Shown here in pieces: positions 59,776 to 64,000 of a DNA stretch of 64,000 nt. The stretch is from Pseudomonadota bacterium (GTDB lineage Bacteria > Pseudomonadota > Alphaproteobacteria > RF32 > CAG-239), in contig CAKJXZ020000001.1 of NCBI GenBank assembly GCA_918234285.1, forward strand, positions 1 through 64,000, in the 5' to 3' direction. Each line of letters starts with the position of its first letter. Positions within the stretch are counted from its first letter, which is position 1. The position numbers were made by a program, and so were the translations under genes. Below the pieces are notes generated by a model that worked only from the letters and a program-made list of their open reading frames with translations, was not told the DNA's origin and ran no database searches.

Positions 59776-60446
59776 TGGATAAATTTTTCCAATATCTGTA
59801 TTATACGGTTTTAACGCTTTTTGTCAGCGGCGTAATTTATCTGACGACTATGTTGTTTTTGGCACCGCGCCAAGATGTTCATGACCGCGGCTTTATTGTC
59901 TGCACCAGAGAGTTGGTTAATAACCTTTCCGAATGTGAAAGAGGTAGAATCGGATGCCCGCTCAAGTTTTTGTGGCACGATATGAAGTGCAATGTCGGCA
60001 TCATCTATACCGGTGCCGTCGATTGGCTGAAGGGTAAACAGAAAACGCCGTGGGCAAACTATTTGTTTGAACCGCAACTAACCGCACCGGAAGATCAGGA
60101 ATTATACCAGAGCAACGCGCTGAACGATATGATGGATATTGAATATCAAAATCAGCTTTTCGAACAGAAAAATCAGGAGTTGGAAGCGGCTAAGCAGCGT
60201 ATGATGAACGCGGATAAAGATGTCTTGCTGTTTAATCCGGCCGATGCGACACCGACCGATGTTCCGTCGGTTCCGGCAACAGATGAGAATACCGAAACCG
60301 ATAAGGGAGATATTGCCGATGAAGCCGATATTTCCCTGACTCCGCCGGAAAATCCGGAAACATCGAATGCCGCTGCACCGCAAAATAAAGACCTGTTGCA
60401 GGATATTAAGAAGCAGACGGAAGAAAAATTACAGAAAGGAAATTAA
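59775..60446 (+). CDS. hypothetical membrane-anchored protein
   Basis: N-terminal TM helix, four Cys, acidic disordered C-terminus; translationally coupled in the operon. Confidence 0.7.
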   Translation: MDKFFQYLYYTVLTLFVSGVIYLTTMLFLAPRQDVHDRGFIVCTRELVNNLSECERGRIGCPLKFLWHDMKCNVGIIYTGAVDWLKGKQKTPWANYLFEPQLTAPEDQELYQSNALNDMMDIEYQNQLFEQKNQELEAAKQRMMNADKDVLLFNPADATPTDVPSVPATDENTETDKGDIADEADISLTPPENPETSNAAAPQNKDLLQDIKKQTEEKLQKGN

Positions 60447-60449
60447 ATT

Positions 60450-62234
60450 ATGAAAAGAAATATGCCGGCTTGGGACCTGTCGGACTTATATAAGGGTATT
60501 GACGACCCGCAAATCAAAAAAGATTTGGAAACCTACCGCAAAAGCGCAATCAAATTTGCAAAAACCTATAAAGGGCGTTTGCTCAATCTTTCCGCCGATG
60601 AATTTTACGAGGCAATCAAAGATATAGAAGCTCGCTCCAAATTATCGGGGCGTTTAGGCGGTTTTGCTTATCTTAATATGGTTACGCAGATGAAAAACAC
60701 CGCGGCAGTCGCGTTTTATCAGTCGATTGAAGAAAAAATAACCGATTATGTTAAACCTATAGTGTTCTTTTCGCTCGAATTCAATAAATTACCGCAAGCC
60801 AAAATCAACGAATGGCTTAAAGATAAGCGCATTAAAAAATACAGATATTGGATTAAACGATTACGTAAATTCAAAGACTATGAATTAACCGAACCGGAGG
60901 AACAAATCTTTATTGAAAAATCTATAACCTCGGGTGATGCCTGGGTACGCTTATATGAAGAAACTTCTTCGCGTTTGGTATATACGGTAGACGGTAAAAA
61001 ATATAATGATGCCGAACTGTCCAAACTCTTGCTCGATAAAGACGTAAAACTGCGTCGTAAGGCCGGCAAGGAAATGAATCGTGTTTTGTTTGAAAACAGT
61101 CATCTGTTTACCTTTATCTATAATATGGTAATGAAAGATAAAGCGATTGAAGATGATAAGCGCGGATTCAAATATCCGGTTTCCGCCCGCAATATGAGTG
61201 AGGATGTCAGCGATAAAAGCGTGGAAGTGCTGACCGCCACCGTCAAGAAACATTATAAAGATATTGCACATCGCTTTTATAAACTCAAAGCCAAATGGCT
61301 CGGTATGAAGAAAATTAACTACTGGGATCGTAATGCCCCGTTGCCGTTTTCTGCCGATATTAATTATACATGGGATGAAGCGGTGAAAATCGTACTGGAT
61401 GCTTATAAGGAATTTTCACCGAAGCTGTATGATATTGCTAAAGATTTCTTTGATAACAATTGGATTGATGTTCCGCCGCGCGACGGCAAACGCAGCGGTG
61501 CTTTCTGCAGTTCGCCGATTACCACTTGGCATCCGTATTTAATGCTCAACTTTGCCGGTAAGCAAAATGACGTATTGACATTGGCGCACGAATTGGGGCA
61601 CGGCTGCCATCATCAGTTGCGTATTAAAAACGGCGAGCTTAACGAACATACGCGTATGACTTCGGAAGAAGTGGCCTCGGTGTTCGGTGAAATGATTGTA
61701 TTTCAATCTATGCTCAACAATACTAAAGACGACAAGGCTAAATTATGTCTGATTGCCTCTAAGGTGGGAGATATGATTAATACCGCCATCCGTCAGATAG
61801 CATTCCACTGTTTTGAAACACGTGCCCATGACGAGCGTAAAAAAGGCGAAGTTTCGGAAGAACGCTTGAGCCAAATTTGGGTAGAAGAAATGCGTGACAG
61901 TTTGGGTGATTATGTGGAGATTGACGAAGACAGCACGCATATTTGGTCGATGGTCGGACATTTCTTCTTTTTACCGTTCTACGTATATGCTTATTCGTAC
62001 GCCGATTGCTTTGTCAATTCGCTGTATCGCGTTAAGGAATCCGGCAAAGTGGAGAATTTTGCCGATAAATATTTGGATATGCTTTCCAAAACCGCGCTTG
62101 AGGATTATGCCACAATTCTCAAACCGTTTGCGCTCAGTCCGAATAATGCAGAGTTTTGGGAATACGGGTTGGAGCTGATTTCTTCTTATATTGATGAGCT
62201 GGAAAAACTCGATAAAAGAATCGGTAAAAAATAA
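60450..62234 (+). CDS. pepF: M3B oligoendopeptidase F
   Basis: WDLSDLY, GKRSGAF, TLAHELGH, ExAS and HFF..PFYVYAY motifs. Confidence 0.92.
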   Translation: MKRNMPAWDLSDLYKGIDDPQIKKDLETYRKSAIKFAKTYKGRLLNLSADEFYEAIKDIEARSKLSGRLGGFAYLNMVTQMKNTAAVAFYQSIEEKITDYVKPIVFFSLEFNKLPQAKINEWLKDKRIKKYRYWIKRLRKFKDYELTEPEEQIFIEKSITSGDAWVRLYEETSSRLVYTVDGKKYNDAELSKLLLDKDVKLRRKAGKEMNRVLFENSHLFTFIYNMVMKDKAIEDDKRGFKYPVSARNMSEDVSDKSVEVLTATVKKHYKDIAHRFYKLKAKWLGMKKINYWDRNAPLPFSADINYTWDEAVKIVLDAYKEFSPKLYDIAKDFFDNNWIDVPPRDGKRSGAFCSSPITTWHPYLMLNFAGKQNDVLTLAHELGHGCHHQLRIKNGELNEHTRMTSEEVASVFGEMIVFQSMLNNTKDDKAKLCLIASKVGDMINTAIRQIAFHCFETRAHDERKKGEVSEERLSQIWVEEMRDSLGDYVEIDEDSTHIWSMVGHFFFLPFYVYAYSYADCFVNSLYRVKESGKVENFADKYLDMLSKTALEDYATILKPFALSPNNAEFWEYGLELISSYIDELEKLDKRIGKK

Positions 62235-62259
62235 AAGACGCGGATAAATTAAAAAGAGA

Positions 62260-62292
62260 AAGGCTTTATCATTGCTGATAAAGCCTTCTTTT
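62260..62292. terminator. bidirectional terminator
   Basis: AAGGCTTTATCA/TGATAAAGCCTT. Confidence 0.72.
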
Positions 62293-62317
62293 ACGGACCT
62301 AATAATATTTCGGGAAA

Positions 62318-64000
62318 TTAGAACACGTATCTGACGTTACCGCCGACACCCCATGCGTCATAATGAGAACCGAAGGTATAGTTGCCGAATACGCCAACCG
62401 AGAAGCCGGTAGTCAGATTTGTATCTGCACCGATTTCGATTCTACCCAAGGTTTCATTATCCAAAGTCTTCTTATATTCTCTGTCGTCGACCTTAACTTT
62501 GCCACCGTCCGGAATAGTCTGAACAATCGACGGTTTAATGTAACCGGTTGTCGGCAACTGTTGAGAATTGTTGAACTGGTGTTCAAGTTTAAGAGCGGCT
62601 TCGATTTCAAAGCTGTTAATCTTGCCGATGGAAATTTCCTTACCGCTGCTGGTATGACCCTTATCATACTTGATGTAGTCATAAGTTCCGCGTACCGACG
62701 GCGTCAAAGTATCACGACGCGTCAGCTTGATATCATAACCGATTTCAGCCTGTGCACCGAGGTGTTTGCCCTTAATCGAGCCTTTAACACCGTTATCGGC
62801 CTTAATGTCACCATCGAGCTTGCCGGCATAAATCGCACCCACAAGATACAATTTATCGATATATTTACGATAGTAAAGTCCGGCAGTCAGGCTCTTAAGT
62901 TCGAATTCACCGCCCTGTTCAGAGAAGTAGGTACTCGGATCACCGTAATGCTTCTGGTTACCATCATTCTCATACTTACCATGACGATAAGAACCGAACA
63001 CGCCAATCATATCTGTGCTGGTCGGTTGGAAATCGACACCGGCATCAACACCGAACAGCTTAAAGTCGGTATCAAACGGTCTCTCGAAAGTACCCTGACG
63101 ATAGAACGGAGTTGCCCATAATCTGGTTTTCGGGCTGCCTTGTTCATATTGGCAGAATGCGTTATCACAATTATCCTTGTAGCAGCTGCACTGACCGCGA
63201 TTGGTTTTATCCAACGGGAATCTGAATGAACGCAACTGTTCCAAAGTTGCCCGCGGAATGGTAATCGATACCATTTCTTCAGGAGTAATACCCGGAATAG
63301 GCGCTGTGCTTGCACGATACAAGAACCAGTCATAAACCGTACCGTTTTGGTCATAACCGATACCGATTTGATAATCATCGTTAACAGCGTTAACCACATT
63401 CCATTTATAGCCTTCCAAACCTTCATTATATTGTGTTTGGGCAAAGTAGATACGCTGACCTTCATCAAGCTTGATTTGCGTATAATCATGATTTTCCAAA
63501 TCAACCAATGTAATCTTGGTCGTACCCCGAACCGCTTTATCAATTACGATAACTTCGGAATCATAGTGTTCGCCCAAATAAATACCGAAGTCATAGCCTT
63601 CTTTTTCTTCAGGAATCAACACATGCTCACTATCGCCTCTTATAAGGTGGTCGTTATCCGTATTGATATAAATGGCACCGCCATCGCTTTCGAGTGTTCC
63701 GATATGAATATTCTTGGTAATAAAGTTATCGGATGCCGTGGTCACAATACCGCGGTTGATGAGGGTTGTGGCAATTTTAATATCCGTATCGCCGGACGTT
63801 ATTTCATCCGGATACATATTTCCGGCAATACCGTTTTGCGGTTTGTCATCATAAATAATCAAACCGTCATTCTCGATATAGTTACCGAGAGTAAAGTTTC
63901 TGAACGTGCTGTCGTAGTCACCATAATACAGAATGGCTTTCTTATTGCTGATATAGAAATCGTTATTTGCCAGAGTATCATTTTGCGAAGTCAGGTAGAT
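62318..64000 (-). CDS. autotransporter (type Va) outer-membrane protein, 5'-truncated by the window edge
   Basis: Frame is open to base 64000; pertactin-like junction (..YDWFL), C-terminal beta-barrel ending VRYVF. Confidence 0.85.
   Translation of the reverse strand: MYLTSQNDTLANNDFYISNKKAILYYGDYDSTFRNFTLGNYIENDGLIIYDDKPQNGIAGNMYPDEITSGDTDIKIATTLINRGIVTTASDNFITKNIHIGTLESDGGAIYINTDNDHLIRGDSEHVLIPEEKEGYDFGIYLGEHYDSEVIVIDKAVRGTTKITLVDLENHDYTQIKLDEGQRIYFAQTQYNEGLEGYKWNVVNAVNDDYQIGIGYDQNGTVYDWFLYRASTAPIPGITPEEMVSITIPRATLEQLRSFRFPLDKTNRGQCSCYKDNCDNAFCQYEQGSPKTRLWATPFYRQGTFERPFDTDFKLFGVDAGVDFQPTSTDMIGVFGSYRHGKYENDGNQKHYGDPSTYFSEQGGEFELKSLTAGLYYRKYIDKLYLVGAIYAGKLDGDIKADNGVKGSIKGKHLGAQAEIGYDIKLTRRDTLTPSVRGTYDYIKYDKGHTSSGKEISIGKINSFEIEAALKLEHQFNNSQQLPTTGYIKPSIVQTIPDGGKVKVDDREYKKTLDNETLGRIEIGADTNLTTGFSVGVFGNYTFGSHYDAWGVGGNVRYVF

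Overview
64-kb chromosomal window, most likely from an anaerobic, host-associated alphaproteobacterium (Rhodospirillales-like; inferred from RpsA, lolE-lolD-ftsB synteny, the fused Aas and PepF). Bases 1-5950 are the AT-rich right end of a genomic island integrated at tRNA-Arg(ACG). This segment carries two convergent type IV (AbiE-type) toxin-antitoxin modules, a P-loop kinase, a metallophosphoesterase and candidate integrase arm-type sites. The rest is backbone plus envelope loci: lolDE, ftsB, lemA, adhE, a Chlamydia-like aaxB-aaxC arginine decarboxylase/antiporter pair, two glycosyltransferase clusters, malQ-glgX-glgB, rpsA, an outer-membrane beta-barrel, rpe-phoB, aas, an S8 protease, psd, a half-length GlmU, pepF and a partial autotransporter. 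Three signals stand out. (1) Four glycosyltransferases end in a conserved tag (LFGFIPLLSIEE), and their operon begins with a free-standing 69-aa protein made of three copies of a similar motif, which suggests an undescribed peptide-tag/scaffold system for glycan-synthesis enzymes. (2) A phage-c4-like structured RNA with a terminator/antiterminator switch lies upstream of a chromosomal porin gene, with no phage genes nearby. (3) A leader RNA can sequester the aaxB start codon in a perfect 12-bp helix. All functional calls come from recognising motifs by eye; no database searches were run.
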